A DNA stretch of 64,000 nt, taken from positions 18,910,001 through 18,974,000 of the forward strand of contig OX597815.1 of the NCBI GenBank assembly GCA_951406725.2. Reading direction: 5' to 3'. Both the position numbers and the translations under genes were made by a program. This DNA comes from Octopus vulgaris. Taxonomy: Eukaryota. Below, in pieces: positions 1 through 12,300 of this stretch (positions are counted from its first letter, which is position 1; every line of letters starts with the position of its first letter). The notes below the pieces were generated by a model. It was not told the origin of the DNA, did not search any database, and was given only the letters and a program-made list of their open reading frames with translations.

Positions 1-600
1 ATTTATACTTGTATGTATGGATTTCATTTCAATTCATAATTTTTTAAAAACGTTTGATATCCACGTGCAAAGAATTGTTCGGTTTTCTTTTGAGTGTTTA
101 TGTATGTGTGAAAATGTGTGTGTGTGTGTGTGATTGTTTGCGTAATTTATTTATCTGTATGGGTGTGGGTGTTTATATATTGGTATATATCGTGTTCTGT
201 ATGTATGTGTATGTATATGTATGTGTGAGCGGGTATATGTATATTGTTTATGAATTGAGTGTTGTATGTGTGTGTGAGAAAGTATGAATAAGTAATGTGT
301 TGAGTGTATGAGCATGTGTGTGTATATATAGTTTATTTTTTGTTTTTTGTTTTTTGGTTTTTGTTTTTTGCTTGTTGTTTTTTGGTTTTTGTACATTTTT
401 AAATATGAGAACTTTTATAATAGGTTTTTATATTCATTTGTTTATAGGGTTTATTTTAGATTATTTTAGATTATATATTGATTATATATAGATTATATAT
501 AGATTATATATAGATTATATTTTTATTTTTTTATATTCTTTCATTGATAATTTTATTATTTTATTATTTTAAATTATTTTAAATTATATTTTAAAATATT
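1..600. repeat. Low-complexity (TG/TA)n mosaic and short TAGATTATATA tandem units
   Basis: Visible dinucleotide mosaic at 90-330, a T-rich tract, and repeated tagattatata around 460-520. Confidence 0.85.
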
Positions 601-620
601 GATATTTTTAGATCGAAAAT

Positions 621-664
621 CCACCTGAAGATTGTCGGTAGCAGACATGAAACATTTGTAGTGG
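621..664 (+). ncRNA. Minimal hammerhead-ribozyme-like motif, probably a decayed PLE end
   Basis: ccac-CTGAAGA-t-tgtc(ggtagca)gaca-t-GAAA-ca(tt)tg-TA-gtgg: stem I ccac/gtgg, CUGANGA and GAAA boxes, short stem III, GUA triplet. T-T mismatch at the base of stem II. Confidence 0.6.
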
Positions 665-887
665 CGGTTTATTTAATTTATATTAAAATTTTATGTATTG
701 ATTAAGTCTTTCATTGTTTGGTTTTAAAATAGTGGTTTTGTCTCGAATTATATTATATATATATATATATATATATAAGATTAAGTTGAATTATTAGGAA
801 CCTCACGGATTACGAAGAGGTAAATCACAACGAAAGCAGCACCAGCAGCTTTTCTCTGTCATCTTTCGGCAGATAAACCAGCTAATA

Positions 888-2165
888 TTGGGTTATCCCA
901 TAAATAATGTTTTTTCTTTTCAATTGTATGGACTAAAAATCGGAGGGAATCAGGAGAAACTACTTGCATCAACTTGCTATAAAAAGAGGTAGTAATTTTA
1001 CATTGTTGCTTATTCTTATTGCAAGCTTTGAAGAGTGCAGTTCGATTTTAACAGGGTTTTGTTTCAAAACTATAATGGAAGTGACAAATGGGCATATTTG
1101 GCATATTTTGCTTTACGAGTACAATAAAGTCAACAACGCAAAGGAAAGTGCGGGTAATATTAATGCAGTATATGAGGATTAGATAATAATCGTAAGCCAG
1201 TGTCAACGATGGTTCCAAAAATTCCGAGCCGGAAACTACAACCTAGAAGACGAGCCTCGTCCTGAATGATCTGCAGAGCTCCGTGAGGATGACTTGTAAA
1301 CCGTTGCGGAACAAAATCTCATAGCAACCGTTGAGGAACTAGCAGAGAAGCTTGGATTTGTTCATTCAGTCATTAATCAACACTTGTATGCCATCGAAAG
1401 AGTCAGCAAACTGGGTCAATGGGTTCCTCACAAACTTTCCGAATCTAATCGTGCACAGGGAACGGATGTGTGCTCCCTTTTGCTATCACGTCTCCCGAAT
1501 GAACCCTTTTTGGACCGAATAGTGATTGGTGACGAGAAATGGGTTCTCTATAAAAATGTCAAGCTCTGGAGACAATGAGTAGGGAAAGGATGATCACTGG
1601 CACTCCAGGCTAAAGGTCATCCACTCCCGTATGTGTTGGATGGGATATGAAAAGTTTAGTCCACTTTCAACTTTTAAACCCAAACCAAACGATAACAAAG
1701 ATCTACCGCGAGCAGCTAGAGCGTCTTAAGTCAACGCCAGAAGAAAAACTACGATCTTTGGTTTTAAGACAAAAGGTGTTTTTCCATCAGAAAGATACCC
1801 GGCCACATACAACGAATATGATATTCCAAAGACAGGTGCAATTTGAGTGGGAAACTATGCCCTACCCACCATATTCGCTCGACATTGCGACAGCTGATTA
1901 TCACTTTTTCTGCAGTCATTTGGACGGAAAAAATTTGAATTTTGTAGACGTGTTGCGAACAGTACTGGAGGTATAGTTTTCGTCACGGACAAGTGAATTT
2001 TGGAAGATGGGACTTGCATGTCTACCAGATAGATGGAAGAGCATTGTAGAAAATGAAGAAGAATATATTTTAGATTAAAAAGAAATTTGTTTAGATTAAA
2101 AAGAAATCTTAATTTTAAAAAATAAAAGAAGTATAAAAAATTGCATTATTTATGGGATAACCCAA
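888..2165 (+). mobile_element. Full-length decayed mariner (Tc1/mariner) transposon
   Basis: Perfect 22-bp TIRs ttgggttatcccataaataatg (888-909 / 2144-2165) flanked by TA. Broken transposase with WFQKF..LEDEPR, GQWVPHKL, IGDEKW, HQKDTRPH and PPYSLDIATADYH motifs. Confidence 0.95.
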
Positions 2166-2330
2166 TATTTATGATGTTAAGCTTTTCAATACTCTGAGAG
2201 AAAGAAAAGAAAACCAAAAGGACAGTTCCGTTATTGCTAGAGGCTCTTTCTGCCACGACGGTATCTAATTTCGGCTTGCTTCAGATAATTTGGTTATTTT
2301 CCTCTTGATTACATTGACGAAACTAACAGA

Positions 2331-2492
2331 GGCGCAGGAGTGGCTGTGTGGTAAGTAGCTTGCTAACCAACCACATGGTTCCTGGTTCAGTCCCACTGTG
2401 TGGCATCTTGGGCAAGTGTCTCCTGCTATAGCCCCGGGCCGACCAATGCCTTGTGAGTGGATTTGGTAGACGGAAACTGAAAGAAGCCTGTC

Positions 2493-2548
<56 letters not shown>

Positions 2549-2760
2549 TTGTGTGTCTGTGTTTGTTCCCCTAGCATTGCTTGACAACCGATGCTGGTTT
2601 GTTTATGCCCCCGTTACTTAGCGGTTCGGCAAAAAGAGACCGATAGAATAAGTACTGGGCTTACAGAAAGAATAAGTTGCTTGACCAAAGGCAGTGCTCC
2701 AGCATGGCCGCAGTCAGATGACTGAAACAAGTAAAAGAGTAAAAGAGAGTAAAGAGAGAG
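2331..2760 (+). mobile_element. tRNA-derived SINE, family A, with internal (TA)n(TG)n
   Basis: A/B-box-like head (tggctgtgtggtaa ... ggttcagtccc), cttgggcaagtg core and ccagcatggccgcagtc..tgactgaaac(aagtaaaagag)n tail. Near-identical copies at 35599 and 50676. Confidence 0.9.
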
Positions 2761-2976
2761 GTGTGCCGTCTCTTCACCATCATAAAAAACCTTATAACAG
2801 GTCCACACTTGATTTTGAGAAATGGCGCGCAAATTATAATGATTTATATGGCACACATCCAACGTACAATATACACACATACACAAACATACACGAATGC
2901 ACACATACATACACACATCATCTACATACAGACACAGACCCACCCACACATATCTATACATACATACACGCAGGCG

Positions 2977-3008
<32 letters not shown>

Positions 3009-3071
3009 TTACTGCAATCTTCTACGTATAGATGTTGATGTACATATACAAACATAGCTATATGAATACAT

Positions 3072-3301
3072 GTGGAGGTGTGTGGCTTAGTGGTTAGGGT
3101 ATTGACCTCATGATCGTAAGGTTGTGGTTTCGATTTCTGGACCGGGCGATGCATTGTGTTCCTTAGCAAAACACTTCATTTCACGTTGCTCCAGTCCACT
3201 CAGTTGGCAAAAAATGAGTAATCCGTCCAGGTGTGAAATTTCTACGCCACTGAAACCGGGAAACCGGCCCTTATGAGCCTGGCATGGCTCGAAAGGAACA
3301 C
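3072..3301 (+). mobile_element. tRNA-derived SINE related to family C (different core, same tail as the 44480 copy)
   Basis: Head tggaggtgtgtggcttagtggtt..ggtttcgattt; tail gaaaccgggaaaccggccct..ggctcga; TSD atgaatacat (3062-3071 / 3302-3311). Confidence 0.85.
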
Positions 3302-3410
3302 ATGAATACATATGTGAAGAAAGATCTTAGCTAAAAAATATTATCAATTCTATACTGTTAATCGTAAAAAAGCAGAACGACACGAATCTTGAAGATAAAA
3401 AGCATCCATA

Positions 3411-4090
3411 AACTATAAACGCTTTCGCCATTATACAGCTTTTCAAAAACAATTGTTGTATGATAATCTCTTTTGATGAAGTTGGTTTTAGAAGCAATTT
3501 TAGATATTTCCTGTATAGGTTAGAATTTAGGACTTTTATAAAGTATTCTTACTTTGCCTTTACTTGGTGATCATTTTCTTCCTTATTTTGAAAAGAAATA
3601 CGGTTATTTTGAATTCTTGCACAGATGTCAAGATTTACAATACATATAAGTCAATCATTGATTTGTGGCATTAATCCTGTTTGGCCGATATCATTCACAT
3701 TATAGACACGTAATACTGTAAATGAAATTTTCTGTTTTGTAAATCACATTTGCATTAACCTTCATTTATTTCCCATTCTTCAATATTTTGGTTTTGCCTC
3801 TTTCAGCTATTTTGCACGTCCTACAATGACGGTCACCGCAATATTTTACTGTAATATTTCTTTTCCGATATGTATTTCGTTTTTGCTTAAAATGTTTTAA
3901 TAGTTGGTAATCATCTTCCGATGTTTGTAATATATGATTGTTTAATTATTTTCCTGAGATTTGATAAATGTGTTAAGATAGGAACGTATCGTTTAATCGA
4001 TTGTAATGTATTGTAGTGACTAGGTTAATAGGTGACTACAAGTGGAATATTTATATTTTTGGTTTTGACATAGTCCTCATGTAGGAACAG
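3411..4090 (-). mobile_element. Decayed Penelope-like element, GIY-YIG endonuclease end
   Basis: The minus strand reads NIPLVVTY*P (~4050-4022) and KTENFIYSITCL*CE/(D)IGQTG (~3738-3675), matching the PLE GIY-YIG pattern IYxITCxxC..YIGQT. A very degenerate hammerhead-like remnant follows at 3411-3456. Confidence 0.65.
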
Positions 4091-5873
4091 TCACTTAGTT
4101 TATCAGACACGTTGTTTCATCAGATGCTAGGAGCATATATATAAATATACATATACATATGTATATACATGTGTGTGTACGTGTATAGCCTAATCAATAT
4201 GCTGTTAACATTCATATAAACAGTATATAGATTAGGCTATCATTTCAGAAGTTGGTACTAATTAGTGGTACTAATGGCAAAGCATTATCCCCCTTTATCT
4301 GTATTCGTGCTTAATTAAACATGTAACTACCCATACGACGTATGTGTATTCGTTTATTACGCGGATTGTGTGCGTCACAAATGATAGAATTCTGTTTTGC
4401 GTTATTTTATTTCGTCACTTTGGATCCTAATCCCAAATTCAACCGTCATTGATTTTGTCTTTGAATACCACGTGTCCGACAAACAAAGTATCAGCAACAT
4501 CTTGGTCTCGTGATAATTCCACCACAAACTGCCATTAAAATTTCGTGGCATTTTGCCAAAGTGATAAATCTTTATCGGGACTGTGAAATGACAGAAGTAA
4601 ACCCATTGATTTAAATGCTTAATGAGCTTTATTTAATCTCGTCATGGGAGCTAAATTATGTTTCTTGTGCATTTGATTCTGGTTTAAGTTCAGATCCAGG
4701 CAGATTCCATTTTGATTTTTATCCATGTTTCAACAATACATTACTGTGTCTTGACATCGAGATTTCTCTCCAGTTAATTTGTGATGTTTCAGCAACGTAC
4801 AGAAGCTCTTCCCAAACTATATACACAGACTGAATGATTATAAAAGCAGTTTTAATTAAAATACATTTCATTTTCAAAATTTAACAGAATTCACATTCAG
4901 AGGTATTTTATTTTATAAACGCGTCTTTCCAAATCGATGGGCGATCTGATGCAGGCTTTGCTGACAAAATGAACGTTAAGAAACATTTGATTTGGTATTT
5001 GTGCATATTTTCGTTGAATTTTTGTCTTGAATTCACCGACTGTTGCCGGATTTTTGCCGTAAAGGTTATATTTAAAGTATCCCCATATAATAAAAAGTAT
5101 TGTGCAATGAGGTCCGGTAAATGCGGAAGATATCCTACAGACCCTCTTCGTCTAATCGATCTATTTACTAAAATCTTATCAAGGTAATCCCCTCATGATG
5201 CTATGGTACTGTGGGTTTGCCCCCATCTTGCTGAAAATACAACATATTCAATTCTTTCTGAATGATTGGGAATGTTAGATAGTCACATAAATTTCAAGTA
5301 AATGTGACCAACCACAGTACAATCTAACGAAAATGGTCCATTTTTACCTGCTGATGAAAAGTCCTAGGACACTCCTAGTAAATTAATTTGAAGTTCCTCA
5401 GTATACGTGTGCATTTTAAAGTACCCTGCCGGTACAACTGTTCGATTTAATTCAGCAATTAAATTTAAATGTAATCGCATCACTCCAAGCAAGTTTTATT
5501 GGAAAGTGTGCTTCTAGAAATCTTGCCAAATATCACCCACAAATATCACTCCATTCTTCGATCCAGATCATTGACAGTATGAAACATTCCTAGAATATAA
5601 CTTTGTTCAATAATAGCTCTATATCATGCGGGGAATGCTCGATTTTGAAATTCTAATCACAAGGACTCGCTTCCTCCATACATTTACTTCATGTCTGACG
5701 ATACGTTTCTCGTAACCTGCCTTGCTTTGGGGGGTTCATCGATGTTCGCAGCCTTTTGGAACGTTTCTAGAGGAAGTTCTGAAGAATTTCCATATGACTG
5801 GAGATTTGTATACTAGGTTTAGTAGATTCAAAACTGTTACGAATTATACTTTAGTACCTTCCCACGTATTAGT

Positions 5874-6215
5874 CGGCGAGCTGGCAGAACCGTTAGCATG
5901 CCGGACTAAATGCTTAGCGGCACTTCGTCCGTCTTACGTTCTAAGTTCAAATTCCGTCGAGATGCCAAAAGATGAAATCAATATATTCCCATGTATGAAG
6001 GTATGAAGGCGACGAGCTGGCAGAATCATTAGCACGCCGGACAGAATGCTTTGCGGCAATTTGTCCGTCTTTATGCTCTGAGTTAAAATTCCACCGAGAT
6101 CGACTTCGACTTTCATTCTTTTGGGGGACTTTAAAATAAGTACCATTTGAGATCGACGTAATCGACTTAGCCCCTACCCCCAAATTACTGGTCTTGTGTC
6201 AACATTTGAAACCAG
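5874..6215 (+). mobile_element. Two tandem family B SINE copies (first one 3'-truncated)
   Basis: gcgagctggcagaa..ttagca..gagttcaaattccgccgag..tttcatcctttcggggtcgata consensus, shared with many copies in the window. Confidence 0.85.
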
Positions 6216-6231
6216 TATATTCCCATCTATG

Positions 6232-6344
6232 TTACAGTATTACGTGTCTATAATGTGAATTATATTGGCCAAACAGGATTAATGCAACGAATCAATGATT
6301 GACTTCTACGTAGTGTAAATCTTGACATCTATGTAAGAATTCAA
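6232..6344 (+). repeat. Inverted duplicate of the PLE GIY-YIG fragment at 3609-3721
   Basis: Reverse-complement match to 3609-3721; reads YSITCL*CE/NYIGQTG with the same stop and frameshift. Confidence 0.85.
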
Positions 6345-8137
6345 GCCAAATCAAACCTGGTCGTGAAGTCAAATAATCAAAAGCATTCCATCCATGCCTA
6401 AACCACCTTTTCCAGGACAACCCAACCTAGCGTACAGTAGGGTGTAAATTGAAAATTGATTGCTCTATCTAGAAGACTAAGCGTTCTGACAGAGTCTCAT
6501 TTGTTGACACGTGTTTTAATGTGATGCTGAATTAATGTGAAACTAACTCTATAATTGATTTGTTGCGAAATAATTATGCAAAAACTACCCTGGGTAGGTC
6601 GCCTCTAATAGTATATACTGCACAACCTTGTTTCTTCAGTTCAAGTAATTTGAAGTGAACCTGTATCTTTGTTACTATGCAAGTTATTTAAATGAAAGAA
6701 ATGAAACAGAAAAATAATAAACAATCGCTGATGACGTTCTCCTGGATAATGTCTCTTAAATCCGTCTCTGTTTCATCCCATCTCAAGCTCACGTTCTTCA
6801 TTTGACTGAAAGCAGTAGAACGGTAACAAAATTATAATTAAAAGACCTGATATGATAAGCTAAAAATATCTCTGCCTGTAAAGAAAACAAAACCATTGAA
6901 AAATAAAAATGCAGTGATGGATTAAAAAGCTTTAGCCTACTTTTCGTAAGAACCAATATTCATGAAAAATATTAGTAGTATTTTTGGAAAGTGTTTATCA
7001 TTGTTTAGAATGAAGGTGTATTAATCGAATCGGATTAATCCTGTTTCTCGGGGTTCCTGTCAATCGTCTAAATATATCATCGAGCTAACGCTGCTTTGCT
7101 CCTGCCTATTGTGAGAAGAAATGTTGTTTTATTTATTGACTTATTCGTTTATTTTTATCATAGTATTTGAGAGCGTGAAGACATAATTAAGCACACCAGA
7201 TACTTTACATTGTCTGTTTAACTGCCTAGAGCTCCTGAGTTCAAATCTCCACATTTGCTGGCTATTGTTTTCATTATTCGTAGAATTGTAGTTATTGTTT
7301 AGCTCCAGAACAATTATGATCGGGCGGCTTTATTAGCAAAAACCTTGATTCCAACTGTGAGAGTCTTCTATTATTTTCCTCAGTAGCAGTGCCTTTAGGA
7401 CTACATCATCCAATGACATTTTACCTAGATTATTTTTCCTTGCATCTCCATAAAGATAGGGATTTGGCAGATATTTCTAGCAAGTCACATGACGAGTTAT
7501 CGATTCCCACTGGAAGTTTTTGAACGAAATATTTATAAGTTACGGAATTGAATATACTCTACATCTTTTGAAGCTTAGAAAATACTATCTCTTTGTTAAC
7601 TGTAACGCATTATAAACAGGTGATTGGTTCAGCGAGAATACTATTTAACATATGGTTATTAACCTAATACAATTCTTAACTCTTTATATAACCAAGATAT
7701 CTTTTTAATGTTGCCTATTATAATACGACGAGTATTTATTTCCTTTTCAAAGTTCTTCGCTTATATCATCCTTCATTCCCTCGAGAAATAAACCAAATAT
7801 GATCTACTAGTCTTATTTTCCGGGTTTTATTTGCTCTCAACCATTCACTCCTCAAACCTATTGGCTCTCTCCTTACTTCCCGGTGAGGCTTATAAAACCT
7901 GCCATATCTGGTACTTGTCTTCCTTTCTTTACTGTATATTGTACTTGTATTTCACTTAGCATCGGTTTATATGGTTAGCACCTCTTGTTCGTAATAACGC
8001 ATTTATTATTCCAATAGAAAAAAAAATCACTTTTTAGAAAGCTTTTAAAGACAAGGCCTGGAGGGAATGAATTAACAGATGCTATTGCCAGGAATATAGC
8101 ACTGACGAATTCAAAGTGCCTGTCGTCGGCAACACGC

Positions 8138-8143
8138 CAGTAA

Positions 8144-8207
<64 letters not shown>

Positions 8208-8235
8208 GGTGGTGGTGGTGGTGGTGGTGGTGGTG
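8138..8235. repeat. Compound (TAG)n(TGG)n microsatellite
   Basis: Directly visible. Confidence 0.95.
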
Positions 8236-8914
8236 CTTAGAATGGTGTTGATTTTTTAGTACAAGTATGGTGCAAATTTCTTTTATATCATCTATAAACT
8301 CTGCTAAATTATAATGCATCATTTTATGCAGTTCTGATAAGACAAATACCATATTTCTGCGAGATAGGTGTTTCGATGGCATTATTAGCTCGTATACAAA
8401 CTAAGATCATTGCTCAGTGTTATGCAATCACATATGTCGAGTGTGCTCAATGGTTCTGTGGCTCATTTTGATGCGAATAACATACACCACAATATACACT
8501 TTAACATCACCACCTGGGTGTTATGTTCTTTTAGGAAAGTCAGCTACATTCCCAACAATCGGAGTAGGGTTTCAATATGATTTATTCAAATGATGTGTTG
8601 TCCCCTACAACACCTCTTGTGTAGATACACTTGTGATTAGGGTGTAGAACTTAAATGTTTCTCATATATAGCTATTGTCAAATGAAAGAAAGGCTCATAT
8701 ATTTGAGTAACATTTCAGAGAGAGTGTGTGAGCATACGGAGAGGGAGCGCTAAACAGTATTAAGGGATAAGGGAAATTTCTATCAAAATAGGCTTCATGC
8801 AGGTTTGAACTGGCGAACAAGATACCCACTGCGTTTTGTCACGGAGAATATATCTCTTTTGTTGAAAAATGGTGTTTATACACCTAGATCAGTTTGCAGT
8901 ACCATCTACCTAGA

Positions 8915-8962
8915 CTGTGAGATTCTGGCATTTCGGAATAGCTATCTCTTCATCGGTCACAG
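8915..8962 (-). ncRNA. Type I hammerhead-ribozyme-like motif (left arm)
   Basis: Minus strand: ctgtga-CCGATGA-agagatagctattcc-GAAA-tgccagaa-TC-tcacag; perfect 6-bp stem I. Confidence 0.65.
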
Positions 8963-9256
8963 ACACTGAGCAGACGACACTACACGCTGAATTAACAGAT
9001 TATCTCTTTTATGCTTTTCCAGTCACTGTATTATAACAAAACTCAGTGAGTAGCTTGTCCCCCAGTTTGAACGTGCTTCAAGCATATTCAAACTGGTGAT
9101 AACATTGTAATTTCACTTATCACTGCTTAGTGCCCCATCTCTGTAATTTACTTACGGTGAGCCGCCGCAGAGCGCTGCCAGCCATCGTAAGGTGACTGGA
9201 AAAGCCTTAAGAGAGGTAATCTCTCAATTCAGCTCGTAGTGTCGTCTGCTTAGTAT

Positions 9257-9304
9257 CTATGACCGACGAGGAAATAATTACTCTGAAATGCTAGCATCTC
9301 ATGG
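9257..9304 (+). ncRNA. Type I hammerhead-ribozyme-like motif (right arm)
   Basis: ctatga-CCGACGA-gga(aataattac)tct-GAAA-tgctagca-TC-tcatgg; palindromic stem III tgctagca and AUC triplet. Confidence 0.7.
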
Positions 9305-12300
9305 TCTAGGCAGATGGCACTGCGAGGTGATCTAGGTGTATACACACAATTTGTCAACAAGCGAGATTTCTTCTGCATGGCAAAACACAGTAAGTAGCTT
9401 GTTCACCAGTTCGAACGTGCATTAAAAATATTCGGACTGATAATAACATTGCAGTCTGTGAGAGAGCAATCATTTAATTCTATATCTTCATGACAGGCAC
9501 CTTTTCTTGATTAATATCACTTACTTTTTCAGATGTTTTACACACAATTTTTGACATAGTGGTTAGCAGTGGCTCGCGAACTATTGCTTACACCACGTCT
9601 CCCTTACCGAAGTATTGACATTCAAAGCGAGAAACAGTCACTTTGAAATAGCGTTAAAGTATGTTGTAGGCAAATGTCACTTCCTTACAAGTATATTCCG
9701 GGTAATACGACATTTAACCCTTAAATTCTACTCCCCTTAGTGAGACACACATCTAATCTAATATCCATAATTCACTTCTACAATCCTTCAAGAAAGCGAT
9801 ATTACTCTCCCTGCAAGTACTCTTCCGTACCATTACTATTCCTTGCCTAAAAATTAACAGGAAATACTTGTAGTACCCTGTCTTTCTTTGCTTTCAAGAA
9901 ACTCGTTTATCTCTACTGCTATTAACAAATGATTAACGATTTCTTATTTTGCATTAAGGGCATGTCATTCAACTTCTCTCTCTCTCTGGGGTCATCGGTA
10001 ACTTCAATAAATACGCCCTCTATCATGTCGAAAATCGCTTACACTACATAGCTATATAGAGACTGTATCTAAAGAATCTAGTCTAGTTTGAATTCAGTCT
10101 AACTCATCACTTGGGTGGTAGTTTTCCCGTCAAATCACATCATGATGGAAAGCGCTGGCTAAGATTTCTCTTTAAATAGCAAATTAAATGCCCAGTCACT
10201 CTCATTATGAACAATATAAAAATTATATACATGTTACCACTCTTAATCTTCTACATACACACAGATATCATACACACCTAAACAATGCAATGTAGGCCTG
10301 TACGATCACGATGGTCTAAGATCTTGAAAAAACACCTTCAACAACAAATTTATACACATATCAAAGAAACTACATTATCTCTTCTTAGTCAAAGTTTCTG
10401 CGATTAAGAGATCTCACAATATATACTTTTTTTATTCATTAATAATTTCTTCATCGCTCTGTTTGAGAATGCTCTCATAAATAGTTTGACATTTAAAACG
10501 GAACCCGCCTTTAGAAATAAACCTTGAAATGTCATATTTTGCCTTATAGCTTAGCAGAAACCCCGAAATAAATATGACGCGTAGACATTGTGCATCTCAA
10601 ATTCTTCTGACCTAAAGGAAATATTGAAGCGTACAAAAATACATAAAGGTTTATACCATCTCTACAAAGTTACACATCTGTGAGGAGTAAATATAATTTA
10701 TATGTCTCCAGTACATAACAGATACATTTGTCTAATCGAACCCAGAAGCAGAAAGGCAAAATGAACAATAGTACGATGGAAAATTTAGATCTAGAAAATC
10801 GAAAGTGTACAGCAATGAAAGAAAATTAAATAACTAAATATTATCAGCAAAGTAGATTAACAGCAAATCAATCAAACATCAATCAGAAGACATTGTTTAC
10901 ATCTGATCAAGATTCACATGGTGTTACAAATTAGTGAGATGATTTTTTTCCTTACATGAAATAATGTGCAATATTACTACTCATATCTAATTTTTGTTAA
11001 TAAGACTAATATCGATTGTTTAAATGCAGTGCATTGGAGTGGCACAAACTGTTGGATTACGGACAAAATGCTCGCGAGTGGTTACTCGGATCACTTTACC
11101 TTTCTCATTTTGACTTCGTACCTGGCTTGAGATAAAAATATATTACATCTTTAGAATAACCGTAATATATTCCAGTCTCATCGGCTACAGCCTTGTTTAT
11201 TCTTAAATTTGTATAAATGTAAGAAATTCACTATACTAGCAATGTCTATTTTATCGATTTCTGTCATTGAATCTAAAGTTTGTTGTGATGTTTAAAAATC
11301 GGATATTATGAAAGAAGGCTTCTCAAAGCATGGTTGTTTTGAAAAACCGGTATCGATGAAACTACGAAGTCACTATAGGTAGTAAGAAAGATCACTCAAT
11401 ATATGTGTACGTGTGAGTGTGTGTCGTGCGCGAGTACATGTAAAATAGTTTGCGTAACTCAAGAACTCTTAATTAATTCTATGTAAATAGCAACTGTTTT
11501 GAGAATAATTTATCATATAAATGTTTTGTGAGCGCAGCTAATAAAGTCAAATATATTATATAGGTGCGGCAGTATCAAAATGAAAATTTCGTTTGCCTAA
11601 ACATTCCTTTAAGTACAAAATGAAAGAAATAGAGCACCACACTATCTAAATTTATCCGGGACCTCAAGGGTAACAGTAACAAATACTGAATTTCGAGGTC
11701 AATTATATGTAGTACACTTTCAAACAATGGGAAATGGGTAACAGTACTTTAGTGCTTATTAAAGCCTAAGAAAATCTCGAATGTAGGTATAATTTAATTA
11801 ATAAGCATAATGAATTATAGATGCGTTTCTTCTACTTATTTAATGGAACTTTCTGAAAAGTTCCTCTTGGCTAATTTAGCTAAGTTATTTGATTCACATA
11901 CTAGTGTTGTTACCTTTTTCATGGTCTCACCTCCTACTCAAAATATCTATATAACCAACCAATCACTCATTTCTTAAGTAATGTTTCTAATTTAATATTA
12001 ATGTAATAGTAATTTCCATTTAATTAAGGAACAAATATTCTAGACAATAATGCCGAGATAATGCATGAATTTTTTATGTACCTCTATTCTCACTCTCTCG
12101 TTTCTTATTTATTTTAATTCCTTTCAAGCATCATTTCTATTTTTTTTCCTTTTTATACTATTATATTTCTTTAATAGCTCCTCTTAGAGTGCAACAGTAA
12201 ACTGTCTCCTCTTTTAACTTTATCGTTTTATCTCTTAAATATATTCCTCTCTACAACCAACATGTAAACAATAAATTTGACAACCTTTTAACCTGTGCTG

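Larger units (their letters stand above)
8797..9453. mobile_element. Inverted repeat pair resembling PLE pseudo-LTRs
   Basis: 8797-9026 is an imperfect reverse complement of 9192-9422; 9036-9109 is a direct repeat of 9380-9453. Each arm carries a hammerhead motif. Confidence 0.7.

Noticed and set aside
2255-2292. Minus-strand ctgaagc-aagcc-gaaa motif
   Set aside because: Stem II is missing and the core is incomplete.
9830-9890. YSLPK/INRK resembling the PLE RT motif YxLPKIHK downstream of the hammerhead pair
   Set aside because: Needs a frameshift, and no further RT motifs could be read.
11330-11376. ttgaaaa-accggtatcgat-GAAAC-tacgaa-GTC hammerhead-like motif
   Set aside because: Two core mismatches and imperfect stems; not distinguishable from chance.
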